Assembly (NCBI GenBank): GCA_024408435.1
Contig: JAKSVA010000002.1
Location: 1-47,889, forward strand
DNA length: 47,889 bases
Source: Bacilli bacterium
GTDB lineage: Bacteria > Bacillota_I > Bacilli_A > RFN20 > CAG-826
Reading direction: 5' to 3'
Part shown: in pieces, positions 19,569 through 30,808 of the stretch
How the letters are laid out: each line of letters opens with the position of its first letter
How positions within the stretch are numbered: the first letter of the stretch is position 1
The notes under the pieces: model-generated
Seen by the model: the letters and a program-made list of their open reading frames with translations, nothing else
What the model was told of the DNA's origin: nothing
Databases searched by the model: none
Program-made: the position numbers and the translations under genes

Positions 19569-20150
19569 TTAGCCTCTTAACGCTGTTGCGTTTTTAATTA
19601 TATTAATAATTTCTTGACTAGCCCGTTCAGGAGTATCATTCACGATAATATAATTGAATTTATTTTTTAATTTCATTTCTTCTTTCGCCTTTGCTAACCG
19701 TTTTTTAATAGTCACATCGGTTTCAGTCGAGCGGCCACGAATTCGTTTTTCTAATTCCTTTAAACTAGGCGGGACAATGAAAAAAGAGAGAATCTCGTTT
19801 TTCTTAAAAGCCTTTGCAACATTTTTGGCTCCGTTTACATCGATTTCAAGAATAACATTCTTTCCCGCTTTGCGAACTTGGTTAACTTGTTTTTTCGAAG
19901 TACCATAGTAATTACCAACATAGTTGTTATATTCAAGCAAATCATTATTTTTAATCGCATTTAAAAATTTTTGTTTTGTAACAAAGAAGTAATCAGCACC
20001 ATTCTTTTCCCCGACCCGTTTTTTGCGTGTTGTTAAAGAAATGGAAAAAACTAAATTCAACTTTTTGTTTTCCATAACTTTCTTTCTAATTGTCCCTTTG
20101 CCAACACCACTAGGACCAGCAATTATAATCAATAAACCGGGCTTTTTCAT
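19569..20150 (-). CDS. gmk: Guanylate kinase
   Basis: P-loop GPSGVGKGT, TTRKKRVGEKNGADYFF, 193 aa. Confidence 0.9.
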   Translation of the reverse strand: MKKPGLLIIIAGPSGVGKGTIRKKVMENKKLNLVFSISLTTRKKRVGEKNGADYFFVTKQKFLNAIKNNDLLEYNNYVGNYYGTSKKQVNQVRKAGKNVILEIDVNGAKNVAKAFKKNEILSFFIVPPSLKELEKRIRGRSTETDVTIKKRLAKAKEEMKLKNKFNYIIVNDTPERASQEIINIIKNATALRG

Positions 20151-20159
20151 TGTGAAATT

Positions 20160-20188
20160 ATTATATCTAATAATTTAGGTCTTATCAA
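20160..20188 (-). promoter_or_regulatory. Putative promoter for gmk-priA...
   Basis: Minus strand reads TTGATA (20188-20183), 17 nt spacer, TATAAT (20165-20160). Only 9 nt (AATTTCACA) separate it from the gmk ATG, and there is no SD. Confidence 0.45.
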
Positions 20189-20197
20189 TGATATAAT
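20189..20197 (+). promoter_or_regulatory. Putative extended -10 promoter element for the rqcH-like gene
   Basis: TGaTATAAT at 20189-20197. The ATG at 20205 lies 7 nt after the -10, with no SD in between. Confidence 0.4.
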
Positions 20198-20204
20198 ATG
20201 CTAG

Positions 20205-21569
20205 ATGCGCTTAAGTCTTAATAACTTAAAGGAAATTATTAAAAAATACAAATCCTTTTTAGTAAATAAACGAATCATTAACATTGTCCTAGTTAATTCA
20301 CGTCTTTTCTTATTTTCGTTAAAAAACGAAGGGAAAAGATTTCTAGTGGATTTAGATAACAACAATCCACACATTGGGATGATAAAAACAAATTATGATG
20401 AGCTTTCTCTCCCGAATGAATTCGTAGCGAAAGCATTGATGAAAGGGCATCCGTTAATTACCGATATCAATTTGGTGAATGAAGATAAATTAGTTAAAAT
20501 TACCACCACCGCTACTGATGCTTATTATCACCATAATAAATACTATTTATATATTGAATTAATTAATGCACATGCCAATATGATTTTAACTGATGAGAAT
20601 AATAAAGTTATTGTTGCTTTTTATGAGACTAATTTATTAAATCAACGTCCGATTGTAAAAAACATGAAATATTTCTTCCCGTCCAAAAAGAATGATAATT
20701 TTATTAATCAACAATTTTCCTTAAAGGACTACGAGGATTGGGTTAATAAATCTTTCATCTTGGCATTAGAAAAACGAAAAAAAGAATTATATGGTCCTTA
20801 TATAAAAAAATACGAGAAAAAAATTAAATCGCTTGAAAAGAAAATAGCGAAAATTATTGAAAGTAAGGAGCAAGCGAATACTTTACTAAAAGAAAAAGAA
20901 AATGGTGATTATTTGTTAATGAATATTAATGAAATTAAAAAGGGCGAAACTAGTTTCAACGGAATTAAATTAGATCCTACCAAGTCACCAATTGAAAACG
21001 CTAATTATTATTTCAATAGATATAAAAAGGCGAAACGAACCATTTCGACAACTGATGAAATTTTAAAAAATGTCAGAAAAGAGTTAGAAGACTATCAATA
21101 TTATTTAGATGTATATAATTGTGGTAACGAAACTGAAATTAAATTACTAATTAATAATTCAACTAATCATCATAAAAATGTTGTACCTAGTTACCTTCCT
21201 TATTTTATTAATTATCAAAACATTAAATACTACTTCGGTCATAATGCTTTAGAAAATGATTATTTAACATTTAAAATGTTTAAAAAAACTAGTGATGTCA
21301 CATGGCTTCATATTAAAGACAAACCAAGTGCACATTTAATTATTAATAAAATTAATCCAAGTAATCTCGAGTTAGATTTAGCCGCTTCGCTTTTACTATT
21401 AAAAAATCATTTAACTACTGGAGAAATAATTTACACCAATCGAAACAACATAACCCGCGGCGATGGGATTGCAAAAGTAAACATATTACAATATAAAAGT
21501 ATTGTAATGCATAAGATTAACCAAAAGGCATATGAATTACTAAAAAAGGAAAAACGCGTTCATGAGTGA
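20205..21569 (+). CDS. rqcH: RqcH/NFACT-family ribosome quality-control protein (FbpA-like), compact form
   Basis: The NFACT-N-like N-terminus LYIELINAHANMILTDENNKVIVAF aligns by eye with B. subtilis LYVEIMGRHSNIILTD. There is a coiled-coil middle. The NFACT-R/DUF814-like C-terminus is DVTWLHIKDKPSAHLIIN. Confidence 0.65.
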   Translation: MRLSLNNLKEIIKKYKSFLVNKRIINIVLVNSRLFLFSLKNEGKRFLVDLDNNNPHIGMIKTNYDELSLPNEFVAKALMKGHPLITDINLVNEDKLVKITTTATDAYYHHNKYYLYIELINAHANMILTDENNKVIVAFYETNLLNQRPIVKNMKYFFPSKKNDNFINQQFSLKDYEDWVNKSFILALEKRKKELYGPYIKKYEKKIKSLEKKIAKIIESKEQANTLLKEKENGDYLLMNINEIKKGETSFNGIKLDPTKSPIENANYYFNRYKKAKRTISTTDEILKNVRKELEDYQYYLDVYNCGNETEIKLLINNSTNHHKNVVPSYLPYFINYQNIKYYFGHNALENDYLTFKMFKKTSDVTWLHIKDKPSAHLIINKINPSNLELDLAASLLLLKNHLTTGEIIYTNRNNITRGDGIAKVNILQYKSIVMHKINQKAYELLKKEKRVHE

Positions 21570-22383
21570 TCAAGATTTAATTTATAAAATTGTTGGCGAA
21601 AAAGTCACTAATATTAAAAAAATTCCTTTTGGCGTTTCAAATGTAAATTTTTTGGTAAATGATAAATTTGTCGTAAGAATTAAAAAAGAAAAAGAACACT
21701 TCTATTCTTACCGTCACGAAAAAGAAATTCTTCATAAGACATCCACTTTGTATCTAAGCGAAATTGTTAAATATCTTGATAAAGATGGAAATAAAGTAAG
21801 CGAATATATTCAAAATTCCCATATTTATTCTGGCAAAAACGATGAAATAATCATGGCCGCCAAAATGTTAAAGAAACTCCATCAATCGCCCGTTAAAACT
21901 AGAATTAAATTTAAGCCCTTTAAACGTTATTCATACTATAAAAACAATAGTAACGGAGATTTCTTTCCACATGAGGACGCAGTTTTAAAAGCAACGCACA
22001 AGTTATATCGTAAATACAATTTAGTTATATGTCATAATGATGTAGTCGATAACAACCTTTTATACACCAAAAACAAATCTTATTTAATTGATTATGAATT
22101 TGCTGGGAAAAATATTTTCTTATTTGACCTAGCAAGCTTTATTAGCGAAAACAACATAAAAAATGAAAAGAAAATTAAACTATTTCTAAATACTTATGAT
22201 TTTCCACTTACTAATATAAGAGAATTAAATATTATGATTATGTTTCTCAATTTACTTTGGTATTATTGGTCGCTTGAAAGATTTAATAAAACTAAATTAA
22301 ATATTTATCAAACCATCGCCAATGTTAAAAAAAGAAACATCAAAGATGATATTAATCACATTAATAAAACTAAATTCTTTTAA
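21562..22383 (+). CDS. Choline/ethanolamine-kinase-family phosphotransferase (APH fold)
   Basis: Brenner-type motif ICHNDVVDNNLL and IDYEFAG. 273 aa. Its start overlaps the rqcH stop (ATGAGTGA). Confidence 0.55.
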   Translation: MSDQDLIYKIVGEKVTNIKKIPFGVSNVNFLVNDKFVVRIKKEKEHFYSYRHEKEILHKTSTLYLSEIVKYLDKDGNKVSEYIQNSHIYSGKNDEIIMAAKMLKKLHQSPVKTRIKFKPFKRYSYYKNNSNGDFFPHEDAVLKATHKLYRKYNLVICHNDVVDNNLLYTKNKSYLIDYEFAGKNIFLFDLASFISENNIKNEKKIKLFLNTYDFPLTNIRELNIMIMFLNLLWYYWSLERFNKTKLNIYQTIANVKKRNIKDDINHINKTKFF

Positions 22384-22397
22384 TTTAATGTAAGCGA

Positions 22398-22943
22398 TTA
22401 TTTTTTACGGTCGCTGTTTTTAAATTTATCGTTATAGCGTTTAATCGCATCCGCGATTGCTTTTTCGGCTTTATCTTTGCCTTCAACTTGACGAACAATC
22501 GTTTTCTTATCTTCAAGTTCTTTATACACGCGGAAGAAATGTGACACTTCCATTAAAATATGTTGTGGTAAATCTTTAATATCTTTATAAGAGTTATAAA
22601 AAGGGTCACCGCTAGCAATAGCAATAATCTTTTCGTCTTGTCGACCTTGATCTTCCATAATTAATATTCCAATTGGGTAAGCTTCCACTAAGGCAAGCGG
22701 GACGATGGGCTCACTACTAAGGACTAAAACATCCATTGGATCATTATCAAGAGCATATGTTAGCGGAATAAAACCATAGTTCTGGGGATAGTTAGTTGAG
22801 GTATAAAGAATCCGGTCCAAACGTAAAAGACCAGAATCCTTATCAAGTTCATACTTATTTTTGCTTCCTTTTGAGATTTCAATGCACGCATCAAAACGTG
22901 TTGATGTGATTCTCTCTTTTTTAACATTATGCCATGGATTCAT
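22398..22943 (-). CDS. ppa: Inorganic pyrophosphatase, family I
   Basis: 181 aa. Motifs KYELDKDSG, NYGFIP, DNDPMDVLVL and DEKIIAI are typical of soluble family I PPases. Confidence 0.9.
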   Translation of the reverse strand: MNPWHNVKKERITSTRFDACIEISKGSKNKYELDKDSGLLRLDRILYTSTNYPQNYGFIPLTYALDNDPMDVLVLSSEPIVPLALVEAYPIGILIMEDQGRQDEKIIAIASGDPFYNSYKDIKDLPQHILMEVSHFFRVYKELEDKKTIVRQVEGKDKAEKAIADAIKRYNDKFKNSDRKK

Positions 22944-22966
22944 ATAAATTCCTTTAATATTTTAAC

Positions 22967-24157
22967 TTACTTTTTCTTTAAAACAAAGTGAGCAAATTCA
23001 AGCGCATCTTCTAAATCTTTAAATTTAGCGTAATAGAAATCATTGCCCATTGCATCGGCAAAAATTTCGGGGTTACGACCATACATACATAAGTCATTTT
23101 TATACTTGTCTTTAATCTCTTTATCAGTATAAACATAAGAGAAACGATCGCGACGAGTTGCCGACATACAAATATATTTTTCTGAACTGATAGGCTCACG
23201 ATTTTCATCATACATCATTACATCTGCCCACACTTGGTGACACGAGGTTGATAAAGCGAAGTTAATCATATCAGGAGTTGAACCTCCTGGTGGTCTCATA
23301 TTACACTCTAATCCAATATAATCACCTTTCTTACCTAAGCCTGGTTTATCAATGGTCAGTTGAAAAAATTCAATATGGAAAAATCTCTTTTTGATGCCAA
23401 ACGCTTTTACAACCGCTCGGCCAATTTTTTCAAAATTAGGTTCAACATAAGCGGAAGTATAATAATACTCATCAAGTCGTTCGTTAAAAACACGGTCGAC
23501 TGGTGTTGGAAAATGTGATTGGTCACAAATGACTACGTCGCCTTTCGAATCGCAAACACCATCAAACGAAATTAAATCGCCGGTAATAAATTCTTCCATA
23601 ATGTAGGTAGTGCCATATTCTTTTACTTTAAAGAAATGGTCTAAATCAGCTTCATTACTTATTTTAAAAGTCTTTTGTGCACCTACACCGACAGTTGGCT
23701 TAATAAAAACAGGATAATTAACCTTGTTAATAAACATTAAACAATTTTCTTTATTATCAACAATATGAAAACGGGCAACTTTTGCGCCGCCTTTTAAGAA
23801 AAACTTTTTCATCTCGGCTTTGTTGGTGATGTTTTCCATATAATCAGGGCGAAGCCCATCAACACCAAAGCGTTCCCGGAGCGCCGCATCATTTCTTAAC
23901 CAATATTCATTATTTGATTCAATAAAATCAATATGCCCATATTTATCTTGAAAATATTTGAGCGCTTCACATTGCTTTTCAAATTTATTCATTTCATAAC
24001 AACGATAATACTCAGTCATACTAGCGCGTGCAATGGGGTGAAGGGTTTCGTATGGTGCATCGCCAACACCTAAAACAGTAAATCCAACTTTTTTTAAACC
24101 TGCTAAAAAGGCATAATACCCTTCAGGAAAGTTAGGTGAAATAAATACAAAATTCAT
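22967..24157 (-). CDS. ATP-grasp domain protein, substrate unknown
   Basis: 396 aa. ATP-grasp elements YPVFIKPTVGVGA, YIMEEFITGD and GLECNMRPPGG (E-x-N Mg site). The ATG overlaps the atpC TGA. Confidence 0.7.
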   Translation of the reverse strand: MNFVFISPNFPEGYYAFLAGLKKVGFTVLGVGDAPYETLHPIARASMTEYYRCYEMNKFEKQCEALKYFQDKYGHIDFIESNNEYWLRNDAALRERFGVDGLRPDYMENITNKAEMKKFFLKGGAKVARFHIVDNKENCLMFINKVNYPVFIKPTVGVGAQKTFKISNEADLDHFFKVKEYGTTYIMEEFITGDLISFDGVCDSKGDVVICDQSHFPTPVDRVFNERLDEYYYTSAYVEPNFEKIGRAVVKAFGIKKRFFHIEFFQLTIDKPGLGKKGDYIGLECNMRPPGGSTPDMINFALSTSCHQVWADVMMYDENREPISSEKYICMSATRRDRFSYVYTDKEIKDKYKNDLCMYGRNPEIFADAMGNDFYYAKFKDLEDALEFAHFVLKKK

Positions 24158-24560
24158 AAAAAATCTCTATTGATTGTACCAAGTCTTGCTAACGCTCGTT
24201 TTAAGGCGAGTTCTGCTCGCTTGATATCAATCTCTTCCTTTTTGTCTTTCAAACGTTCCAACGCTTTTTCTCGCGCGGTTTTAGCTCGACTTTCATCAAT
24301 ACTCTCTGCGCTTTCAACGTTGCTGAGAATTAATTTTACTCCATCTTTATCAATATGCAACACTCCACTAAAAAAGGCATAGAAACTACGTTTACCATCA
24401 TTAAGAATAAATCCAGGAGCAATTTCTACGCACGTAATAAGGGATTCATGATTAGCCATAATTCCCATATAACCATTTGATGTCTTAAGGTAGACTTCTT
24501 CTACTTCGCCTTTAAAGTATGAGCCTTTAGGAGTATTAATTTCAAGAAAGAATTTTTTCA

Positions 24561-24561
<1 letters not shown>
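24154..24561 (-). CDS. atpC: F1 ATP synthase subunit epsilon
   Basis: 135 aa, directly after atpD (1-nt overlap). Beta-sandwich plus helical hairpin pattern ending ...RAELALKRALARL. Confidence 0.85.
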
Positions 24562-26808
<2,247 letters not shown>

Positions 26809-26810
26809 AA

Positions 26811-28316
26811 TTATTTAATTGTTTTAATAAAGTTATTAATTCCCTCTTTTAGACGTAATTCAACTTTATCAGTTAACTCTTTACCTTTATCAAGCGAAGC
26901 AATTACATCATGATAAGAAGCGACAATGAATGAATATAAATCATCTAGCACTGGTAATAATTTCTTTGGGTCAAGATCATCAAAGTAACCATTTTTTGTT
27001 GCATAAATTTCAATCACTTGCCGTGTACAAGAATAAGGCGAATATTGATGTTGTTTAAGCATCTCAGTTAAAAGAGCGCCATGCGTAAGAATCTTTCGTG
27101 TTTCTTTATCAAGATCACTACCAAATTGTGAGAAGGACAACATCTCACGATAGTTCGCTAATTCGATTTTTAACGATTTTGCCACTTGTTTCATCATCTT
27201 AAATTGCGCATCGCTACCAACCCGCGAAACCGAAAAGCCGGTATCAATAGCCGGACGTAATCCGGCATTAAAATAGTCAGTAACTAAAAAGATTTGTCCA
27301 TCAGTGATTGAAATGATATTAGTGGGAATATAACTTGAAATATCGCCCGCTTGTGTTTCGACAATTGGTAAAGCGGTAATACTACCACCACCATATTTTT
27401 TATCTAATTTACAAGCTCTTTCCAATAAACGAGAGTGAAGATAAAAAACATCACCTGGATAAGCTTCACGACCTGGTGGTCGTTTTAAAAGGAGTGACAA
27501 AGCACGATAGGCAACCGCATGTTTACTTAAATCGTCAAAGACAACTAAAACGTCTTCGCCTTGCTCAAGCCATTCCTCAGCCATTGCCATCGCTGAATAT
27601 GGAGCGATGTATTGTAATGGCGCTAATTCTGAAGCCGATGCATTAACAATGACAGTATAGTCTAAAGCATTATATTGTTTTAACTTATCGTAGATACTAG
27701 CAACGCTAGAATTCTTTTGTCCAATTGCTACATAAATACATTTAACGTTTTTATCGCGTTGATTAATAATTGCATCAATTGCGATTGCGGTTTTACCGGT
27801 TTGGCGGTCGCCAATAATTAATTCCCGTTGACCACGGCCGATTGGAATCATTGCATCAATTGCTTTAATGCCGGTTTCTAAAGGAGTATCAACTTTTTTC
27901 CGCTTCATCACATTAGGAGCAATCCGTTCAATGGGACGATATTTTTTGCTTTTAATTGATGGACCGTTATCTAAAGGTGCGCCTAACGAGTTAACCACGC
28001 GCGATAATAGTTCGTTACCAACTGGAACTTCGGTTACTTTTTTTGTACGTTTGACCGTGTCGCCTTCTTTGATTAGGCGATCATTACCAAATAAGGCAAC
28101 GCCAACGTGTTCGCTCTCCAAATTCATAACCATGCCGTATATGTCATGCGGAAAAAGGAGTAATTCACCAAGCATTGCTTTATCTAAGCCATATACTAAA
28201 GCAATCCCATCTCCAACGGAGATAACTGTACCAACATCATTGGATTCAATTGCGCTAGAAAAATGCTTAATTTCTTCTTTAATCAAACTTGATATTTCAT
28301 TAGATTTAATTTTCAT
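26811..28316 (-). CDS. atpA: F1 ATP synthase subunit alpha
   Basis: P-loop [36 protein letters not shown]. Confidence 0.97.
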   Translation of the reverse strand: MKIKSNEISSLIKEEIKHFSSAIESNDVGTVISVGDGIALVYGLDKAMLGELLLFPHDIYGMVMNLESEHVGVALFGNDRLIKEGDTVKRTKKVTEVPVGNELLSRVVNSLGAPLDNGPSIKSKKYRPIERIAPNVMKRKKVDTPLETGIKAIDAMIPIGRGQRELIIGDRQTGKTAIAIDAIINQRDKNVKCIYVAIGQKNSSVASIYDKLKQYNALDYTVIVNASASELAPLQYIAPYSAMAMAEEWLEQGEDVLVVFDDLSKHAVAYRALSLLLKRPPGREAYPGDVFYLHSRLLERACKLDKKYGGGSITALPIVETQAGDISSYIPTNIISITDGQIFLVTDYFNAGLRPAIDTGFSVSRVGSDAQFKMMKQVAKSLKIELANYREMLSFSQFGSDLDKETRKILTHGALLTEMLKQHQYSPYSCTRQVIEIYATKNGYFDDLDPKKLLPVLDDLYSFIVASYHDVIASLDKGKELTDKVELRLKEGINNFIKTIK

Positions 28317-28326
28317 AGACGCTCCT

Positions 28327-28857
28327 TTAAACTTTCAATTGATTCCGCATACTAGTTAATTCGTTTTGAATTGAATAATCGTAAATATGATTATCAATTA
28401 CAACTTTAATTCCACCGATTAAACTAGAATCAATTCGATTTGATAATTCAACAGCGACTTTATTTTTATTCTTTAAAGCTTCCTCTAATTCGTGAATTCG
28501 TTCCTCATCTAACGGATTAGTCGAATAAACAATGCCTTCTAATACATGATTCTCTTCATTACATAATGTGTTGAAACTATTAAAAATAGTTAGATAAGAA
28601 TTTAGGCGATGATTTTTCATTAGAATCTTTAAGAAATTTTTTGTTGCCGCTGACATATCTTTAAAAACATTATCGACCACTTGATAGCGCTTTTCGATCA
28701 ATAAAAATTCACTTTTAAGCAAGTGAAACAAATCACGATTTTCGTTAAGAGTTAACTTAATCGTTTTTATTTCTTGCTGGTATTTATCAATTTTTTGGTC
28801 TTCTTTAGCTACCATAAAGAGCGCTAAAGCATAACGCGTATCAACTGAGTCTTTCAT
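28327..28857 (-). CDS. atpH: F1 ATP synthase subunit delta (OSCP)
   Basis: 176 aa, positioned between atpF and atpA. C-terminal [18 protein letters not shown] is typical of delta. Confidence 0.75.
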   Translation of the reverse strand: MKDSVDTRYALALFMVAKEDQKIDKYQQEIKTIKLTLNENRDLFHLLKSEFLLIEKRYQVVDNVFKDMSAATKNFLKILMKNHRLNSYLTIFNSFNTLCNEENHVLEGIVYSTNPLDEERIHELEEALKNKNKVAVELSNRIDSSLIGGIKVVIDNHIYDYSIQNELTSMRNQLKV

Positions 28858-29393
28858 TAATTATCCTTTCGAATGTCTTTAATAAAAGTATCAACGCGTT
28901 TTTGGTTATCCGCGCTTGATACTTCTCGCTCAAGAATTTTTTCACTCGCTAATAAAGCGATATTAACCATCTCTTGATGAATTTCATCTTGACTTTTTTT
29001 AATTTCGAGTTGAATTTCTTCATCCGCTTTGATTTTTTCTAAACGAGCTTCCTCTTTCGCATTAGCGATAATATTAGCCCGCTCAACTTCCGCATCGTTT
29101 TTAGCGTTAGCGATAATTTTTTTCGCTTCTTTATAAGAAGCAGTTAATTGATCATTCGCTGCCTTTAGTTTTTCTTCAGATGCAGCAACATTAGCTTTAC
29201 TAGCTTCAATATTGCCTTTAACGTAATCATTACGTTTCTTCAATAAATTTTTAACTGGCTTATAAGCTAAAAAGAAGACGGCAATAAAAAGAATGATAAA
29301 AGCAAGTAGTTGCGTAAAAAATGGCCAAAATGTTGGGATAATTTTTGGCAAAATTGACTCAGGGTCAATTGGACCATCAGCTAAAAATATCAT
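28857..29393 (-). CDS. atpF: Fo ATP synthase subunit b
   Basis: 178 aa with a single N-terminal TM helix followed by a long charged helix. Canonical operon position. Confidence 0.75.
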   Translation of the reverse strand: MIFLADGPIDPESILPKIIPTFWPFFTQLLAFIILFIAVFFLAYKPVKNLLKKRNDYVKGNIEASKANVAASEEKLKAANDQLTASYKEAKKIIANAKNDAEVERANIIANAKEEARLEKIKADEEIQLEIKKSQDEIHQEMVNIALLASEKILEREVSSADNQKRVDTFIKDIRKDN

Positions 29394-29395
29394 AA

Positions 29396-29629
29396 TTATT
29401 TAGCTCCCAATACAAAGATGATTAAGATAGCGACGAGTAATGAATAAATACCACAAGTCTCATCAAGAGCGATACCGACAATCATGTTCGAACGTAATTT
29501 GTTCGCCATTTCAGGATTGCGATACATACCCTCGATCGCCTTTGCAGCAATCATACCTTCGCCAATCGAACTACAGCCCGCACTAATCATTGCGATACCT
29601 GCGCCAATTGCGACTAGACCAACATCCAT
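29396..29629 (-). CDS. atpE: Fo ATP synthase subunit c
   Basis: The start ATG at 29627-29629 follows the atpB stop as TAA-AGGAGG-7 nt-ATG. 77-aa hairpin protein with loop RNPE and carboxylate motif ALDETCGIYSL. Confidence 0.88.
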   Translation of the reverse strand: MDVGLVAIGAGIAMISAGCSSIGEGMIAAKAIEGMYRNPEMANKLRSNMIVGIALDETCGIYSLLVAILIIFVLGAK

Positions 29630-29642
29630 ATGTTTTCCTCCT

Positions 29643-30389
29643 TTAGGCAAGAGCTAATTGCTCTTCAACCTTATCTTCTTCAGGTTTCTCCTGTGCCACG
29701 AAAAGCATTGTGAGAAACATAAAGACCAACGTTTGAATCGCTCCTGAAAACACGTCAAAGTAGGCGTGTAAAACCGGGGTCACTAGTGGAGCGATAAAAA
29801 TTGAACCAGGACCCGCTGGTAAATTAGCAAAAATTAAATTAGACAAAGAGCCGAGTGACCAATACACAATACTAAGAAGCACCCAGCCGGCAAAAGCGTT
29901 ACCAAATAGACGTAATGTTAAAGATAATAACGGCGCCCACATCCCAAGTAGATTGACTGGCAAAAATACTGGGATTGGATCAACATAGCGTTTGAAATAT
30001 TTCCATTTGGTATATTTCACGCTTGTTGCGTGAATCATTACAAAAGTACAAAGAGCTAACGAAAGTGGCACTCCTAAATAACCAAGTGGAGATGGCAAAC
30101 CAGTAATACCAATAATAAATGAAAAAAAGATAAATAAAGCGATTGCACAAACATAAGCACCAAAATTAGGGAATCCCTTCCCCATATTGTCTTCAACTAA
30201 ACCATCAACTTTATCAACTCCGATTTCAACAAGAGCTAATAAACCCTTCGGTTTTTCTAATGGATCAGCACGTTTTACTAAGATAAAAATAACGAAACAA
30301 AAAATGATTAAAACACCAATAAGAATAAGCGACATAATTACTTCGCCAGGTAAATCAAAATCAAAAAAATGATTAAAAATTTCTTGCAT
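29643..30389 (-). CDS. atpB: Fo ATP synthase subunit a
   Basis: 248 aa and polytopic. Conserved stator arginine in LSLTLRLFGNAFAG. Confidence 0.88.
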   Translation of the reverse strand: MQEIFNHFFDFDLPGEVIMSLILIGVLIIFCFVIFILVKRADPLEKPKGLLALVEIGVDKVDGLVEDNMGKGFPNFGAYVCAIALFIFFSFIIGITGLPSPLGYLGVPLSLALCTFVMIHATSVKYTKWKYFKRYVDPIPVFLPVNLLGMWAPLLSLTLRLFGNAFAGWVLLSIVYWSLGSLSNLIFANLPAGPGSIFIAPLVTPVLHAYFDVFSGAIQTLVFMFLTMLFVAQEKPEEDKVEEQLALA

Positions 30390-30391
30390 AG

Positions 30392-30808
30392 TTATTTTTT
30401 AATTTGTGGGTCCTCATCATTACTATGATAAAAAATAACAATAATCAATGAGCTCGGCAAAACGCTAGCTGCGCAAGTAAAAAGCGACCACTCAAACATT
30501 TCATGTTTAAAATACCATTGTAATAAAGCGCAGATAATCATTGGTGCAGCAATGATAATAAAACGTAAAAAATAAAAAAGGACAGAAAGTCCTACCCCTT
30601 TATTACTTTTCGCTAAGTCAGCGATTGCATGCCCACTTTTAAAAAGTAAGAACATATTAATAAAAGTTGCGATACAGCCAAATGACCAACCAATGACAAG
30701 CCCATGCATGCCCCTAACAATTGAAATAGGAAGAAAGATACAAAAAACCACTAAAGAAAAAACTAGAAGAATTAACAAGCACTTTTTCTCTGGGTTTAAT
30801 TTTTTCAT
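30392..30808 (-). CDS. atpI: AtpI-like small membrane protein (4 TM) at the head of the atp operon
   Basis: 138 aa hydrophobic protein immediately upstream of atpB. The assignment rests mainly on position and size. Confidence 0.5.
   Translation of the reverse strand: MKKLNPEKKCLLILLVFSLVVFCIFLPISIVRGMHGLVIGWSFGCIATFINMFLLFKSGHAIADLAKSNKGVGLSVLFYFLRFIIIAAPMIICALLQWYFKHEMFEWSLFTCAASVLPSSLIIVIFYHSNDEDPQIKK

Noticed and set aside
21567-21569. UGA-as-tryptophan decoding (genetic code 4)
   Set aside because: TGA terminates several well-conserved genes at the expected length (rqcH-like, atpC, pfp, whiA). Trp positions in conserved motifs are TGG. The standard code applies.
27868-28359. 163-aa plus-strand ORF antisense to the atpA 5' end and the atpH 3' end
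   Set aside because: It lies entirely within strongly conserved minus-strand genes. It has no SD or promoter and a low-complexity Ser/Pro/Leu-rich composition typical of shadow frames. Treated as an artefact.
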